Source: a virus
Taxonomy: Duplodnaviria; Caudoviricetes
Strand: one strand, 5' to 3'
Virus record (IMG/VR): IMGVR_UViG_2718218211_000001
Coordinates: 1 to 64,000 of that record
Length of the DNA stretch: 64,000 nucleotides
The notes beneath the pieces are model-generated. The model was given only the letters and a program-made list of their open reading frames with translations. It ran no database searches and was not told where the DNA came from. Positions 27,821 to 39,300 of the stretch are shown piece by piece (the stretch's first letter is position 1; every line of letters begins with the position of its first letter). The translations under genes and the position numbers were made by a program.

Positions 27821-27911
27821 TTCCTTCCACTCAAGCAGCACATCACAGCCCATCAGGGCTTTTTTTGTATCTGAATTCGGCCCCGTATGGGGCTGGTTGG
27901 AGACTGAATTT

Positions 27912-28238
27912 ATGGCGAAGAATTTTATACAGCATGGCAAAACTATTGAGATTGCCAACACGGGCAGCGGTGCGATCCTGAGTGGTTCGCCGGTGATGGT
28001 GGGGAAAGTCGTGGCGATTGCCATTACTGATATTCCGGCAGGCCAGACGGGGGACGGTTTTGCCGAAGGGGTTTTCCTGCTTCCTAAGCTGACTACCGAT
28101 GCGATCACCATCGGTGAGCAGGTTCATATCAAAGATGGCAAAGTGCAGAACGATGCGACAGGAGCCGATCTGGCCGGGGTAGCCTGGGAAGATGCTACTG
28201 CCAGTTCCGCAATTGTAGCCGTGAAAATCAATGCTTAA
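27912..28238 (+). CDS. DUF2190 capsid-associated protein
   Basis: MAKNFIQHG...EGVFLLPK. Confidence 0.8.
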   Translation: MAKNFIQHGKTIEIANTGSGAILSGSPVMVGKVVAIAITDIPAGQTGDGFAEGVFLLPKLTTDAITIGEQVHIKDGKVQNDATGADLAGVAWEDATASSAIVAVKINA

Positions 28239-28506
28239 TCCCTTTGACAGGCTTGTCAGCCGCATGGATGCGGTCACGGTAAACAAAATGGGAAAGCCAG
28301 CGACCATCAACGGGGAGCCAATGATTGTTATTCCGGCTGAGTTTCTGGAAGAAATGGGGCCTTTGAGCGGAACAGGGCGATCGCTGGTGGTGTTTACCTC
28401 AGGATACAGTCCGCGTCGTAATGACGTGGTGATTTTTGAAGGGGAGGAATTCCATCTTACCCGTCACGAACGCTTTAACGGCAAACCGCGCATCTTTATC
28501 GAGTAA
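28231..28506 (+). CDS. Head-tail joining protein
   Basis: Synteny (FII position). Confidence 0.65.
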   Translation: MLNPFDRLVSRMDAVTVNKMGKPATINGEPMIVIPAEFLEEMGPLSGTGRSLVVFTSGYSPRRNDVVIFEGEEFHLTRHERFNGKPRIFIE

Positions 28507-28518
28507 GCAGGAGGGAAT

Positions 28519-29073
28519 ATGTCGATTAAGGGGCTGGAGCAGGCCATTGCTAATCTGAACAGCATCAGTAAAAGAGCTGTACCGCGCGCTTCCGCCCAGA
28601 CGGTGAACCGTATCGCCACGCAGGCGGTCAATCGCAGTGTGTCCGCTGTCGCGAAATCAACCCGCGTTCCCCGAAAACTGGTCAGGCAGCGTGCACGGAT
28701 ACGTCGGGCTACGGTGGAGAAGCCGCGCGCTCTGATTCGCATAAACCGCGGGAATCTTCCCGCTATCAAACTGGGACCATCCAGTATGCGTCTGTCACGG
28801 CGTAAACGTGATAAGTCAGGTACGAACAGTGAGCTGCGTGTGGGGCGTTTTCGTTTTCCCGGGGCCTTTCTTCAACAACTGGCAAACGGTCGCTGGCATG
28901 TCTTGCGGCGTACCACAAAGAGTCGGTATCCCATTGAAGTGGTCAGTATTCCCCTTTCCGTTCCTCTGACCGAAACGTTCCGGGCTGAAGTGCCAAAACT
29001 TATGGACGAACGTATGCCGCAAATTATGCGACAAAACCTGTCTAACCAACTGAGGCTGATCCTTAAACGATGA
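28519..29073 (+). CDS. Minor tail protein Z-like
   Basis: RGNLPAIKLG, RYPIEVV. Confidence 0.85.
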   Translation: MSIKGLEQAIANLNSISKRAVPRASAQTVNRIATQAVNRSVSAVAKSTRVPRKLVRQRARIRRATVEKPRALIRINRGNLPAIKLGPSSMRLSRRKRDKSGTNSELRVGRFRFPGAFLQQLANGRWHVLRRTTKSRYPIEVVSIPLSVPLTETFRAEVPKLMDERMPQIMRQNLSNQLRLILKR

Positions 29074-29468
29074 AAAACAGTGATATCCGCAAAGCCGTAC
29101 TAACCGCGCTCCAGCGCAATATCTCAGATGCAGTGACATGGTTCGATGGTCGTCCTGGGTTTCTGGATGAGCAGGATCTTCCGGCGGTTGCGGTTTACCT
29201 TTCTGATGCCCGAGCCTCGGATGAAAGTGTTGATGAAGATATGTGGACAGCCGTGCTGCATGTTGAGGTGTTTCTGAAAGCCACGGCTACAGACAGTGCT
29301 CTGGATTCCTGGATGGAGGACCGCATCTATCCGGCAATGTCTGATGTTCCCGAACTGGCAAATCTTCTCGAATTGATGGCAGCTCAGGGGTATGACTATC
29401 AGCGCGATGAAGAGGCCATGACGTGGGGATCTGCCGACCTCAGTTATTCCATCAGCTACATTATGTGA
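29070..29468 (+). CDS. Tail terminator U-like
   Basis: FDGRP, LPAVAVYL, GYDYQRD. Confidence 0.88.
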   Translation: MKNSDIRKAVLTALQRNISDAVTWFDGRPGFLDEQDLPAVAVYLSDARASDESVDEDMWTAVLHVEVFLKATATDSALDSWMEDRIYPAMSDVPELANLLELMAAQGYDYQRDEEAMTWGSADLSYSISYIM

Positions 29469-29475
29469 GGACGTA

Positions 29476-30213
29476 ATGACTACACCAAACCCACTGGCGC
29501 CGGTAAAGGGTGCCACCACCACGCTCTGGATTTATTCCGGATCGGGCAACCCGTTCGCTAACCCATTATCGGATGTTGACTGGACGCGCCTGGCAAAGAT
29601 TAAAGATCTGCAGCCCGGTGAACTGACTGCCGAATCAAACGATGATACCTATCTGGATGACGATGATGCCGACTGGACTGCTACCGCGCAGGGGCAGAAA
29701 TCGGCGGGGGAGGCGAGTTTTACGCTGGCCTGGAAACCTGCCGAGAGCGGGCAGCAGGATCTGGTTCGCTGGTTTGATGACGGTACCGTGCTGGCGTACA
29801 AAATCAAATACCCGAATGGCGCCATCGATGTATTCCGTGGCTGGGTAAGCAGCCTGGGTAAAACGGTGACGGCAAAAGACACCATTACCCGTTCTGTCAA
29901 AATCAGTAACAACGGCAAGCCAGGTCTTGCTGAAGACAGCGCTGCTGCAGTGATAGACGTAACCGGCGTCAGCCTGGATAAATCGACCACCACCGTTGCA
30001 GTTGCTGCTACCACCACGCTGAATGTCACTGTGGCGCCAGCCAGCGCAAGCGATCCATCTTTCCGGGCCACCACCACGGATGCAGGTAAAGCCACGGTGA
30101 CTGTCGCTGGTACAGTGCTGACGGTAACCGGCATATCCGCCGGAACCGCCGACATTATCGTGATGACCAACGACGGGCTTTTTGTCGCGACCTGTAAAGT
30201 CACCGTTTCCTGA
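29476..30213 (+). CDS. Major tail tube protein V-like with Ig domain
   Basis: PNPLAPVKGA, GQKSAG; C-terminal Big_2-like region. Confidence 0.9.
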   Translation: MTTPNPLAPVKGATTTLWIYSGSGNPFANPLSDVDWTRLAKIKDLQPGELTAESNDDTYLDDDDADWTATAQGQKSAGEASFTLAWKPAESGQQDLVRWFDDGTVLAYKIKYPNGAIDVFRGWVSSLGKTVTAKDTITRSVKISNNGKPGLAEDSAAAVIDVTGVSLDKSTTTVAVAATTTLNVTVAPASASDPSFRATTTDAGKATVTVAGTVLTVTGISAGTADIIVMTNDGLFVATCKVTVS

Positions 30214-30249
30214 CTTCCGGGGCTGTGGCCCCGCTTTCCGGAGTAACCC

Positions 30250-30657
30250 ATGTTTTTAAAAAGTGAGCCGTTCGAACGCAACGGCAAGACCGTCACGCTC
30301 TACGAACTGTCGGCGCTGCAGCGTATTGAGCATCTTGAACACCTGAAGACACTGGAAAGTATCCCCGATGCCGACATGCAGGCGGCGATGGATATGACGA
30401 TTAAATCCGGCGCACTTCTGGTGGCCATGTCTTTATGGCATGACCACGCTCTGAAAGGGACGCACAAAACGCCGAAAGAAGACGTTGAACAGATCCAGAA
30501 TGAGGTGCTGATGACCTGGCCACTGGAGATTATTTCCGCTGCAGAGTACAGCGTAAAGCTGCTGTCCGGCATGGTGCCGCTGCAGGAAGCTAATGATCCA
30601 GAGGATGTTGCTGTGACTGAGCCGGTCAGTCTGGAAAAGTCCTCGCCAGCGAGCTGA
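30250..30657 (+). CDS. Tail assembly chaperone G
   Basis: MFLKSE...LSALQRIE. Confidence 0.88.
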   Translation: MFLKSEPFERNGKTVTLYELSALQRIEHLEHLKTLESIPDADMQAAMDMTIKSGALLVAMSLWHDHALKGTHKTPKEDVEQIQNEVLMTWPLEIISAAEYSVKLLSGMVPLQEANDPEDVAVTEPVSLEKSSPAS

Positions 30658-30986
30658 CATTCGTCCTGAAACTGGCGCGTGAATTTCGCCGCCCGGACTG
30701 GCGCGCCATGCTTGCTGGTATGTCGTCAACGGAATACGCCGACTGGCGAACGTTCTACCAGGACAATTTTTTTAATGATGTGCAACTGGATGCACATTTT
30801 TCCTCGCTGATGCATATCGTCATTACCGCGCTTGACCCCAAAACCACATCAACCCCTGCCAGCTTCAGCCTTCTTTCACCTTCAGCGGAGGATATTGCCA
30901 ACGATGAACCCGGTGACGCTGTGCTGATGGCAAAGGCCGAGGGCATTTCAGGAGGTGTTCGCTATGGCCCAGACGGCAGTGGGTGA
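30633..30986 (+). CDS. Tail chaperone T portion, expressed as GT by -1 frameshift at G GAA AAG (30633-30639)
   Basis: -1 frame reads [33 protein letters not shown], like lambda gpT. Confidence 0.85.
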   Translation, partial: GKVLASELTFVLKLAREFRRPDWRAMLAGMSSTEYADWRTFYQDNFFNDVQLDAHFSSLMHIVITALDPKTTSTPASFSLLSPSAEDIANDEPGDAVLMAKAEGISGGVRYGPDGSG

Positions 30987-33480
30987 CTTGGTCGTTAATC
31001 TTGATGTTAACTCGTCAAAGTTCAACGAGCAGATGGAGTACGTAAAAAGGCAGTTTAAGCAGACGGGTGACGCAGCGAATGACTCTGCGCTGAAGGTGCA
31101 GCAGTCATTTACCCGCCAGGAGAGCGCCGCGAAGAAGGCCGGTATTTCTGTAGGCCAGTACAACGCGGCGATGCGTATGCTGCCTGCGCAGTTTACGGAT
31201 ATCGCCACCCAGCTGGCCGGTGGTCAGAGTCCGTGGCTTATCCTGCTGCAGCAGGGCGGTCAGGTGAAAGACTCCTTCGGCGGTATTATTCCGACCTTTC
31301 GGGCGCTGCTGGGCACCATATCGCCAGTGATGGTTGGGGTTGGCGCGCTGGCTGCCGCCACTGGCGCGGTGGTTTACGCCTGGTATCAGGGCTCGTCCAC
31401 GCTGTCTGATTTCAATAAAACGCTGGTTCTGTCCGGTAACACTGCCGGGCTGACCTCAAACCGCATGCTGGTGCTGGCGAAATCCGGCGAACAGGCGGGA
31501 CTCACGTTTAACCAGACTAGCAGTGCGCTGACGGAGCTGGTTAACGCCGGAGTGCGTGCCGGTGCCCGGTTCGATGATATGAGTCAGGCGGTAGCGAAAT
31601 TCACCGATGCGTCAGGTGTGCCGGTTGATAAGGTGGCGGCGGCATTCGGCAAACTGACGAACGATCCGACCTCAGGTCTTATTGCCATGGCGCAGCAGTT
31701 CCACAACGTCACAGCGGAACAGATTGCTTATGTGGCGCAGTTGCAACGCGCCGGGGATGAAGCCGGGGCGCTGCAGGCTGCTAATGATGCGGCGACGAAC
31801 GGTTTTCGTGAGCAGACAAAGAGCCTGCGCGACAATATGGGGTCGATTGAGACCGCTGCCGACAGTCTGAAGCGTGCCTTTAAATCGATGTGGGATGCGG
31901 CGCTTGATATCGGACGGCCTGACACCACGCAGGAGATGGTTGCCAAAGCTGAAGCGGCCTTTAAGCGGGCGGATGAAATCTGGAATCTGCGTAAAGGTGA
32001 TGGTTATGTCAATGATGATGCGCGCGCCAGCTACTGGAACGATCGGGAGTCTGCCCGCCTTGCCCTGGAAATGGCGCAGCAGCAGGCCAGTGTGGCAAAG
32101 GCAACTGAGGATAACGCCGCACGCGAGGCGGTGATTGAATCTGATCGCCAGAAGTATGCCGCGCAAGCGCAGGCTGCATATTCAAAGACCGAATCAGCTT
32201 TGGATAAATTTACGGCAAAACAGAAAGAATATAATCAGGCCATCAAAGACGGACGTATCCTCCAGGCCGATTACAACATTCTGATGGCAGCCGCTAAGAA
32301 GGAATACGACGACTCACTGAAGAAGCCTAAAAAGCCGTCAGCAGTGAAAACACCTGCAGGAGTAAAAAGTGCCGATGCTGCCAGCGCGCAGACACTGGAG
32401 CTCGAGGCGCAGTTACGCACTCTGCAGGAGCATAAGAGCATCACGGATACTATCAGCCAGCAGCGGCAGGAACTGTGGAAACAGCAATCCCGCTTTTCGG
32501 TGCTGGAAGAGGCCGCCAAAAAGCGCGCGCTGACCGCCGATGAAAAATCGGTGCTGGCGAACAAAGACGAGGTACTGGCGCGGGCCGAAGTGAATGCCCG
32601 ACTGGGCGATCAGATTGTTGCCCAGGAACGGTTAAACCGCCTGCAGGACAGCTCGCAGAAGTACGTTACCCAGATTGGGGAGAAAACCCGAGCGCTTGTG
32701 GCCGGGGGCAGCATGAGCAGTCGCGGCGCGCAGCGGCAAAACGAAGAGGCACAGCTGCGGCAGGGCTGGATGAATGCAGGCGGCGCGGATTCCGATCAGG
32801 GTTATCAGAACGAACTGGAAGCACTGAAAAAATATTATGCCGCACAGGACGAGCTCCGCGGCAACTGGCAGGCCGGGGCGAACTCAGCGTGGGCTGACTA
32901 TGCCGATTCAGCGGCTGATGCCTATGGTTCGATGAAGTCCGCAGCTTCAGCCACATTCGATGGTATCAGCCAGTATATGGCCGATATGCTGACGACAGGG
33001 AAAGCAAACTGGGCCGATTTCACCCGTTCCACGTTGTCGATGCTGACGCAGATCCTGATGAAGCAGGCTATGGCTGGCCTGGTCAGTTCCGCCACGTCAG
33101 CGCTGGGTTTTGCTGGTGGTGGTTATACCGGATCCGGCGGTAAGTATGAGCCTGCAGGTGTGGTGCACCGTGGAGAGTTTGTCTTTACGCAGGAGGCCAC
33201 AAACCGGATCGGTGTCGGCAATCTGTACAAAATGATGCGCGGCTATGCTACCGGCGGTCTGGTGGGTGGGAGTGGCGGCGGCATTGCTTCTCCTTTCGGT
33301 GTCAGCGTTTACGCGCCGGTTTCCGTCACAACGGGCCAGGGTGAGTCGGGCCAACAGAAAGGGAGCGGTGATGCGCTCGGGAAAGCCTACCAGCAGGTTA
33401 TCGACAGCTCTGTCCGGGCAGGGATCGCGAAAGCCATACAACCGGGAGGCATGATTTGGAATGCCAACAAGCAGAGGTAA
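30964..33480 (+). CDS. Tape measure protein
   Basis: [18 protein letters not shown]; lambda H-like. Confidence 0.93.
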   Translation: MAQTAVGDLVVNLDVNSSKFNEQMEYVKRQFKQTGDAANDSALKVQQSFTRQESAAKKAGISVGQYNAAMRMLPAQFTDIATQLAGGQSPWLILLQQGGQVKDSFGGIIPTFRALLGTISPVMVGVGALAAATGAVVYAWYQGSSTLSDFNKTLVLSGNTAGLTSNRMLVLAKSGEQAGLTFNQTSSALTELVNAGVRAGARFDDMSQAVAKFTDASGVPVDKVAAAFGKLTNDPTSGLIAMAQQFHNVTAEQIAYVAQLQRAGDEAGALQAANDAATNGFREQTKSLRDNMGSIETAADSLKRAFKSMWDAALDIGRPDTTQEMVAKAEAAFKRADEIWNLRKGDGYVNDDARASYWNDRESARLALEMAQQQASVAKATEDNAAREAVIESDRQKYAAQAQAAYSKTESALDKFTAKQKEYNQAIKDGRILQADYNILMAAAKKEYDDSLKKPKKPSAVKTPAGVKSADAASAQTLELEAQLRTLQEHKSITDTISQQRQELWKQQSRFSVLEEAAKKRALTADEKSVLANKDEVLARAEVNARLGDQIVAQERLNRLQDSSQKYVTQIGEKTRALVAGGSMSSRGAQRQNEEAQLRQGWMNAGGADSDQGYQNELEALKKYYAAQDELRGNWQAGANSAWADYADSAADAYGSMKSAASATFDGISQYMADMLTTGKANWADFTRSTLSMLTQILMKQAMAGLVSSATSALGFAGGGYTGSGGKYEPAGVVHRGEFVFTQEATNRIGVGNLYKMMRGYATGGLVGGSGGGIASPFGVSVYAPVSVTTGQGESGQQKGSGDALGKAYQQVIDSSVRAGIAKAIQPGGMIWNANKQR

Positions 33481-33483
33481 GCG

Positions 33484-33831
33484 ATGGCGATTGAACATTT
33501 TAGCTGGCGGATCAAGGCATCCAGCCAGCCGACTCTGAAAAGTAAGGATACCATCCGTACGGCGCAGTTTGGTGATGGCTATAAGCAGGTGTCAGGTGCC
33601 GGGCTGAATGATGAAACGCTCAGTTATGAGTTTTCATTTACCGGCGAACCGCAAACCGTCCGGGATATTTATGCTTTCCTGCGGCGCCATAAGACGAAAT
33701 CATTTTCGTTTACCCCACCTGGCGGTGATCTTGCGCTGTGGCGCGTTGAGGCAGACAGCCTGCAGCGCGTCACCAAAAGCAAAACAGTGGAAACCGTATC
33801 AGCCACCTTTGAACAGGCGTTTGCACCATGA
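33484..33831 (+). CDS. Minor tail protein M-like
   Basis: FGDGYKQ, SATFEQ. Confidence 0.88.
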   Translation: MAIEHFSWRIKASSQPTLKSKDTIRTAQFGDGYKQVSGAGLNDETLSYEFSFTGEPQTVRDIYAFLRRHKTKSFSFTPPGGDLALWRVEADSLQRVTKSKTVETVSATFEQAFAP

Positions 33832-34583
33832 GCTTAAACAGTGATTATCAGAAACTTGAGCCGGGCAATGTTGTCCGGCTTTTTGATGTCGATGGCACCG
33901 CATTCGGTGTTTCCGACGTTCTCCGCTTCCACGCCCACAATATTGCCCATACTCCCGATGAAATTTCCGCTGCTGGTGGGGATGAAAATAAGCTACCGGC
34001 GAAATCGATCTGGTGGCAGGGACAGGAATATAAAGCCTGGCCCTGCCAGATAGAGGGTATTGAGACGGCGACAGATGGGACCTGCGCACAGCCAACGCTC
34101 TCGGTCGCTAACCTGGATAGTTCCATTACGGCGCTGTGTCTTGCTTATGATGACTTGTTGCAGGCAAAGGTCACCGTTCATGACACGCTGGCGCAGTATC
34201 TGGATGAGAAAAACTATCCGGAGGGAAACCCTTCGGCGGATCCGCAGCAGGAAAAGCTGAAGGTGTTTTACATTGACGCCAAGAGCACTGAAACCAACGA
34301 GGTGGTGGCGTTTACGTTGTCCAGTCCGATGGATCTGCAGGGGCTGATGATCCCGACACGCCAGCTACATTCACTTTGTACCTGGTGTATCCGGAACAAA
34401 TACCGCTCCGGTGATGGATGCGACTATGCCGGAACGCACTATTTCGACAAGCACAACAACCCGGTTAACGATCCGTCACTCGATGAATGCCCCGGTACAC
34501 TCACTGCGTGCAAGTTACGACATGGCGAGGGGAACGAGTTGCCGTTCGGTGGTTTCCCTGGCACATCCCTGATCAGGAGTTGA
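33828..34583 (+). CDS. Minor tail protein L-like
   Basis: Cys cluster and FGGFP terminus. Confidence 0.88.
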   Translation: MSLNSDYQKLEPGNVVRLFDVDGTAFGVSDVLRFHAHNIAHTPDEISAAGGDENKLPAKSIWWQGQEYKAWPCQIEGIETATDGTCAQPTLSVANLDSSITALCLAYDDLLQAKVTVHDTLAQYLDEKNYPEGNPSADPQQEKLKVFYIDAKSTETNEVVAFTLSSPMDLQGLMIPTRQLHSLCTWCIRNKYRSGDGCDYAGTHYFDKHNNPVNDPSLDECPGTLTACKLRHGEGNELPFGGFPGTSLIRS

Positions 34584-34584
34584 T

Positions 34585-35295
34585 ATGCGTCAGAAAATTA
34601 TCGACGCCATTATGGAGCATGCTGCTGCTGAATATCCGCGCGAATGCTGCGGCGTGGTGGTGCAAAAAAGCAGGGTGCAGCGGTACATTCCCTGCCGTAA
34701 TCTGGCAACCGATCCGACAGAGCATTTCCACCTGTCACCGGAAGATTATGCCGCTGCCGAAGACTGGGGAACAGTGATTGCCATTGTTCACAGCCACCCG
34801 GACGCAACGACACAGCCGAGCGAACTGGATAAAGCGCAATGTGATGCAACGCTCTTACCCTGGCACATCATCAGCTGGCCAGATGGGGATCTGCGTACCA
34901 TCCAGCCGCGCGGTGAACTGCCGCTACTGGAGCGTCCGTTTGTGCTCGGCCATTTCGATTGCTGGGGTCTCATAATGAGCTACTTCAGGCAGACGCATGG
35001 TATAGAACTGACGGATTACCGCGTGGATTATCCCTGGTGGGAGGATAGTTACCCCGAAAATTTCTACCACGATTGCTGGTATGAATGCGGATTCCGAGAA
35101 TTCAGTGGCGTACCGCAGCCAGGTGATATGGTTATCATGCAGGTCCAAGCTAATAAGTGGAACCATGCAGGGATCCTACTGGAAGGTAACATGTTACTCC
35201 ACCATCTTTATGGCCATTTGAGCCAGCGTGTGCCTTATGGTGGATACTGGCAGGAACGCACGATGAAGGTACTACGCTATAAATCTCTGTGCTAA
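34585..35295 (+). CDS. Tail tip assembly protein K (JAB + NlpC/P60)
   Basis: ECCG, VHSHP, DCWGL, NHAGI. Confidence 0.9.
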   Translation: MRQKIIDAIMEHAAAEYPRECCGVVVQKSRVQRYIPCRNLATDPTEHFHLSPEDYAAAEDWGTVIAIVHSHPDATTQPSELDKAQCDATLLPWHIISWPDGDLRTIQPRGELPLLERPFVLGHFDCWGLIMSYFRQTHGIELTDYRVDYPWWEDSYPENFYHDCWYECGFREFSGVPQPGDMVIMQVQANKWNHAGILLEGNMLLHHLYGHLSQRVPYGGYWQERTMKVLRYKSLC

Positions 35296-35324
35296 CCTTT
35301 TGCAAAACAAAAGGGGATAGGGAT

Positions 35325-35666
35325 ATGAAAAAAGCATTATTGGCCTTTTCTTTGTTAACCATGGCTGGATGTTCGAGCATGCAGGATCTCCGAAAAGAGC
35401 CAGCGTCAAATTCTTATCAGTCGAAGAAACAAATTGACGCGGTGGCTGAATGCATACTCGGTGGCTGGCAAGAAGAAAGCCAAAAATATGGAAGCGTTTT
35501 TATTCAGCCTTATGACGGTGGTAAAACTGTTTTTACACAATCTCAACTTGAGATGGTTGATTTAATATCGGACGGTGGAATTACCAAGATAGAATTTCGT
35601 CATCAAGGTGGCCTGTTCGCTTATCGAATCAACAGCCGGATTAAAGTAATAGAACGCTGTATCTAA
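35325..35666 (+). CDS. Moron lipoprotein between K and I
   Basis: Signal peptide with lipobox MAGC; own terminator at 35676-35698. Confidence 0.8.
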   Translation: MKKALLAFSLLTMAGCSSMQDLRKEPASNSYQSKKQIDAVAECILGGWQEESQKYGSVFIQPYDGGKTVFTQSQLEMVDLISDGGITKIEFRHQGGLFAYRINSRIKVIERCI

Positions 35667-35709
35667 CCAAGACTTAACCCGCTTCGGCGGGTTTTTTTAT
35701 GGTGAGAAT

Positions 35710-36315
35710 ATGAAAGAAATAATGACAACAATTCAGCTAGGCGGAGTGTTAGGAAAGACCTTCGGTAGAACCCATCAACGACTGATAGCGCGAACTGGTG
35801 AAGCTGCTATTGCTCTAAGTAAAACATTACCCGGTTTTGAAAGTTTCATGATCAGCAGTAAGCGTCGCGGGTTAACTTTCGCAGTGTTTAAAGGAAAAAG
35901 GAATATCGCTGCAGATGAGATGGGGTTTCCCTCTGAAGGTGACGTAGTAAGGATCATGCCTGTAATTATCGGTAGTAAACGCGCTGGTATTTTTCAGACC
36001 ATATTAGGAGCGGTTTTGATAACTACGGCTGTCTTTGTTTCTGGCGGCGTTGGCGCTGCGTTCGCTGCTGGTGGCTTGACTGGGTTTGCTGCTGCCACTG
36101 GTGCATCGTTGGTCCTCGGCGGGGTAATTCAGCTTCTTTCACCGCAGCCATCCGGCATAGCCAGCAAACAAGGTGCAGACAACCGGGCTTCGTATGCGTT
36201 CGGAGGAGTAACCAATACAGCGGCGCAGGGATATCCCGTCCCCCTAGGGTATGGTAAGCGTCGAATTGGTGGGGCGATTATTTCTGCTGGGATATACGTC
36301 GAAGATCAGCAGTAA
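35710..36315 (+). CDS. Tail assembly protein I
   Basis: NTAAQGYPVPLGYG...ISAGI. Confidence 0.9.
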   Translation: MKEIMTTIQLGGVLGKTFGRTHQRLIARTGEAAIALSKTLPGFESFMISSKRRGLTFAVFKGKRNIAADEMGFPSEGDVVRIMPVIIGSKRAGIFQTILGAVLITTAVFVSGGVGAAFAAGGLTGFAAATGASLVLGGVIQLLSPQPSGIASKQGADNRASYAFGGVTNTAAQGYPVPLGYGKRRIGGAIISAGIYVEDQQ

Positions 36316-36368
36316 GAAAAAATTCTTTTCTCAGGCTACCTCAGGGTGGCTTTTTTTATGGGCGCGAT

Positions 36369-39300
36369 ATGGCTTTAGCAACCACGATTAAAGGCCGCAA
36401 GGGCGGCAGTTCCAGTTCCCGAACCCCAACCGAACAGCCAGATGATCTGCAGTCGGTAGCGAAGGCAAAAATACTCGTAGCGCTGGGAGAAGGTGAGTTC
36501 GCAGGACAGTTGACTGGCAAGGATATTTATCTGGATGGTACCGCGCTTGAGAATGCGGATGGCTCGCAGAATTTTAGTGGCGTAGTGTGGGAGTTCCGTT
36601 CAGGGACGCAGGCGCAGAATTACATTCAGGGTATCCCTGGTACTGAAAATGAGATTAATGTTGGCTCTGAGGTTTCAAGTGCAACAGCATGGACACGCAC
36701 CTTTACCAATTCCCAGCTTTCAGCCGTTCGTCTGCGCCTGAAATGGCCATCGTTATTTAAGCAGGAAGATAACGGCGATCTGGTTGGGTATTCCGTCAAT
36801 TATGCGATAGATCTGCAGACCGATGGTGGTACGTGGCTGACCGTTCTGAATACCAGCGTAACCGGGAAAACCACCTCAGGCTACGAACGCAGCCACCGTA
36901 TTGATTTACCACAGGCTGGCAGTACCTGGACAATCCGGTTACGTAAGATTACCGCTGACGCAAACAGCGCGAAGATCGGTGACAAAATGACGCTGCAGAG
37001 CTTCACGGAAGTGATTGACGCCAAATTACGTTATCCGAATACCGCTCTGCTTTACATCGAGTTCGACTCAAGCCAGTTCAATGGCTCTATCCCGCAGATT
37101 TCCTGCGAGCCAAAAATGCGCGTGATCCGTGTGCCGGATAATTATGATCCTGAAACGAGGACTTACAGCGGTACATGGCAAGGGGCGTTTAAATGGGCCT
37201 GGACCGATAACCCGGCGTGGATATTTTACGATCTGGTGATTACCGATCGCTTTGGTCTGGGTAATCGCCTGAGTGCAGCCAATATCGATAAATGGACGTT
37301 ATACCAGGTATCGCAGTATTGCGATCAGCCGGTACCGGATGGAAAGGGTGGAAGCGGGACAGAGCCACGCTATACCTGTAACGTCTATGTTCAGGACAGG
37401 AATGACGCTTACACTGTGCTGCGTGACTTTGCGGCTATATTCCGGGGTATGACGTACTGGGGCGGCGATCAGATTGTTGCGCTTGCCGATATGCCAAGAG
37501 ATGTGGATTACGCTTACACCCGCGCTAACGTTATCGATGGACGCTTTACCTATTCCAGCAGCACTTCGAAAACGCGCTATACCACAGCGCTGGTTTCCTG
37601 GTCTGATCCGGGTAACGCCTATGCGGATGCGATGGAGCCGGTGTTTGAGCAGCCTCTGGTGGCCCGGTACGGATTTAATCAGCTGGAAATGACAGCCATC
37701 GGCTGCACCCGGCAATCAGAAGCGAACCGAAAGGGGCGCTGGGGTATTCTCACCAACAACAAGGATCGCGTTGTTTCGTTTGATGTTGGCCTGGACGGAA
37801 ACATTCCGCAGCCGGGATACATCATCGCCGTGTCAGACGAGCTTCTGTCCGGCAAAGTTATGGGCGGCCGCATCAGTGCTGTTAACGGTCGCGTGATTAA
37901 ACTTGACCGCGTAGCTGATGCAGCAGCAGGCGATCGCCTTATTCTCAATCTTCCCTCCGGTGCGTCACAGAGCAGGACTATTCAGGCGGTTAACGGGGAA
38001 TCAGTCACAGTCACCACGGCATACAGTGAGACACCACAGGCCGAAGCTGTATGGGTGGTTGAGTCAGATGAACTCTACGCCCAGCAGTATCGTGTTGTCA
38101 GTGTCTCCGATAACAATGATGGTACCTTCTCGATTGCCGGCGCATGGCACGATCCGGATAAATATGCCCGTATCGATACCGGAGCCATCATTGACCAGCG
38201 GCCGGTGAGTGTAATCCCACCGGGTAACCAGTCGCCGCCTGCGAACATCGTGATCAGCTCGTTTTCAGTGGTTCAGCAGAATATCAGCGTCGAAACCATG
38301 CGGGTGAGCTGGGACCAGGCGCAGAATGCTATCGCGTATGAGGCACAATGGCGCCGCAATGACGGTAACTGGGTTAACGTGCCGCGCAGCTCCACCACGT
38401 CATTTGATGTATCGGGTATTTATGCCGGGCGCTACCTCGTGCGTGTGCGCGCTATTAATGCCTCTGAAATCTCCTCTGGCTGGGGCTACTCCGAAGAGAA
38501 AACGCTGACGGGCAAGGTGGGAAATCCGCCGAAACCTGTCGGCTTTGCGACAACGCCGATCAACTGGGGGATTCGCCTGAACTGGGGATTCCCGGCTAAC
38601 ACCGGGGACACGCTGAAAACGGAAATTCAGTACACCGCGAACAGTGATTTCTCAAATCCTCTGCTGTTGTCTGATGTGCCTTATCCTTCTGCCGAATACA
38701 CTCAACTGGGATTAAAAGCGGGGCAGGAATTCTGGTACCGCGCGCAGCTGGTAGACAGAACGGGTAATGAATCCGGCTGGACCGACTGGGTTCGTGGTGA
38801 ATCTAATGCGAATGCTGACGACTACCTGGGCGATATTGCTGATGACTTCCTGACGTCTGCCGACGGTGACCGCCTGACAAGCGACATTGATACCAACCTG
38901 GAAGCCGCATTGCAGAATGCGCTGGCCAACCATGGAACGGTAGAACATCAGTGGGCGCAGTACGGCGAAGTACGCGCGGATATTCTGGTGGTTAAAACGA
39001 CCATAGCGCAGGTCGATAAGGCTATGGCTGAAATGTCCACGCAGGTGCAGGCGCAGTTCAATGATGTGACTGCCGCGCTGGAAGATAAGCTCACCGCTGT
39101 GGTTGACGCGACCGGGGCATCTGCAATTTACACCCTTAAAACCGGGGTTCGAATAAACGGTGTGATGTATAACGCCGGGATGTCGATCGCGGTGCTGGCG
39201 GAAGCGGGTAAGCCGGTAGTCACCCGCGTCGGGTTTAACGCCAACCAGTTCGTTCTGATGAGCGGCAGCGGCAATACGCAATATTCTCCCTTTGCCGTTA

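Noticed and set aside
27251-28111. 286-aa minus-strand ORF (and similar ones at 26399, 22719, 29649)
   Set aside because: Antisense to well-supported head and tail genes.
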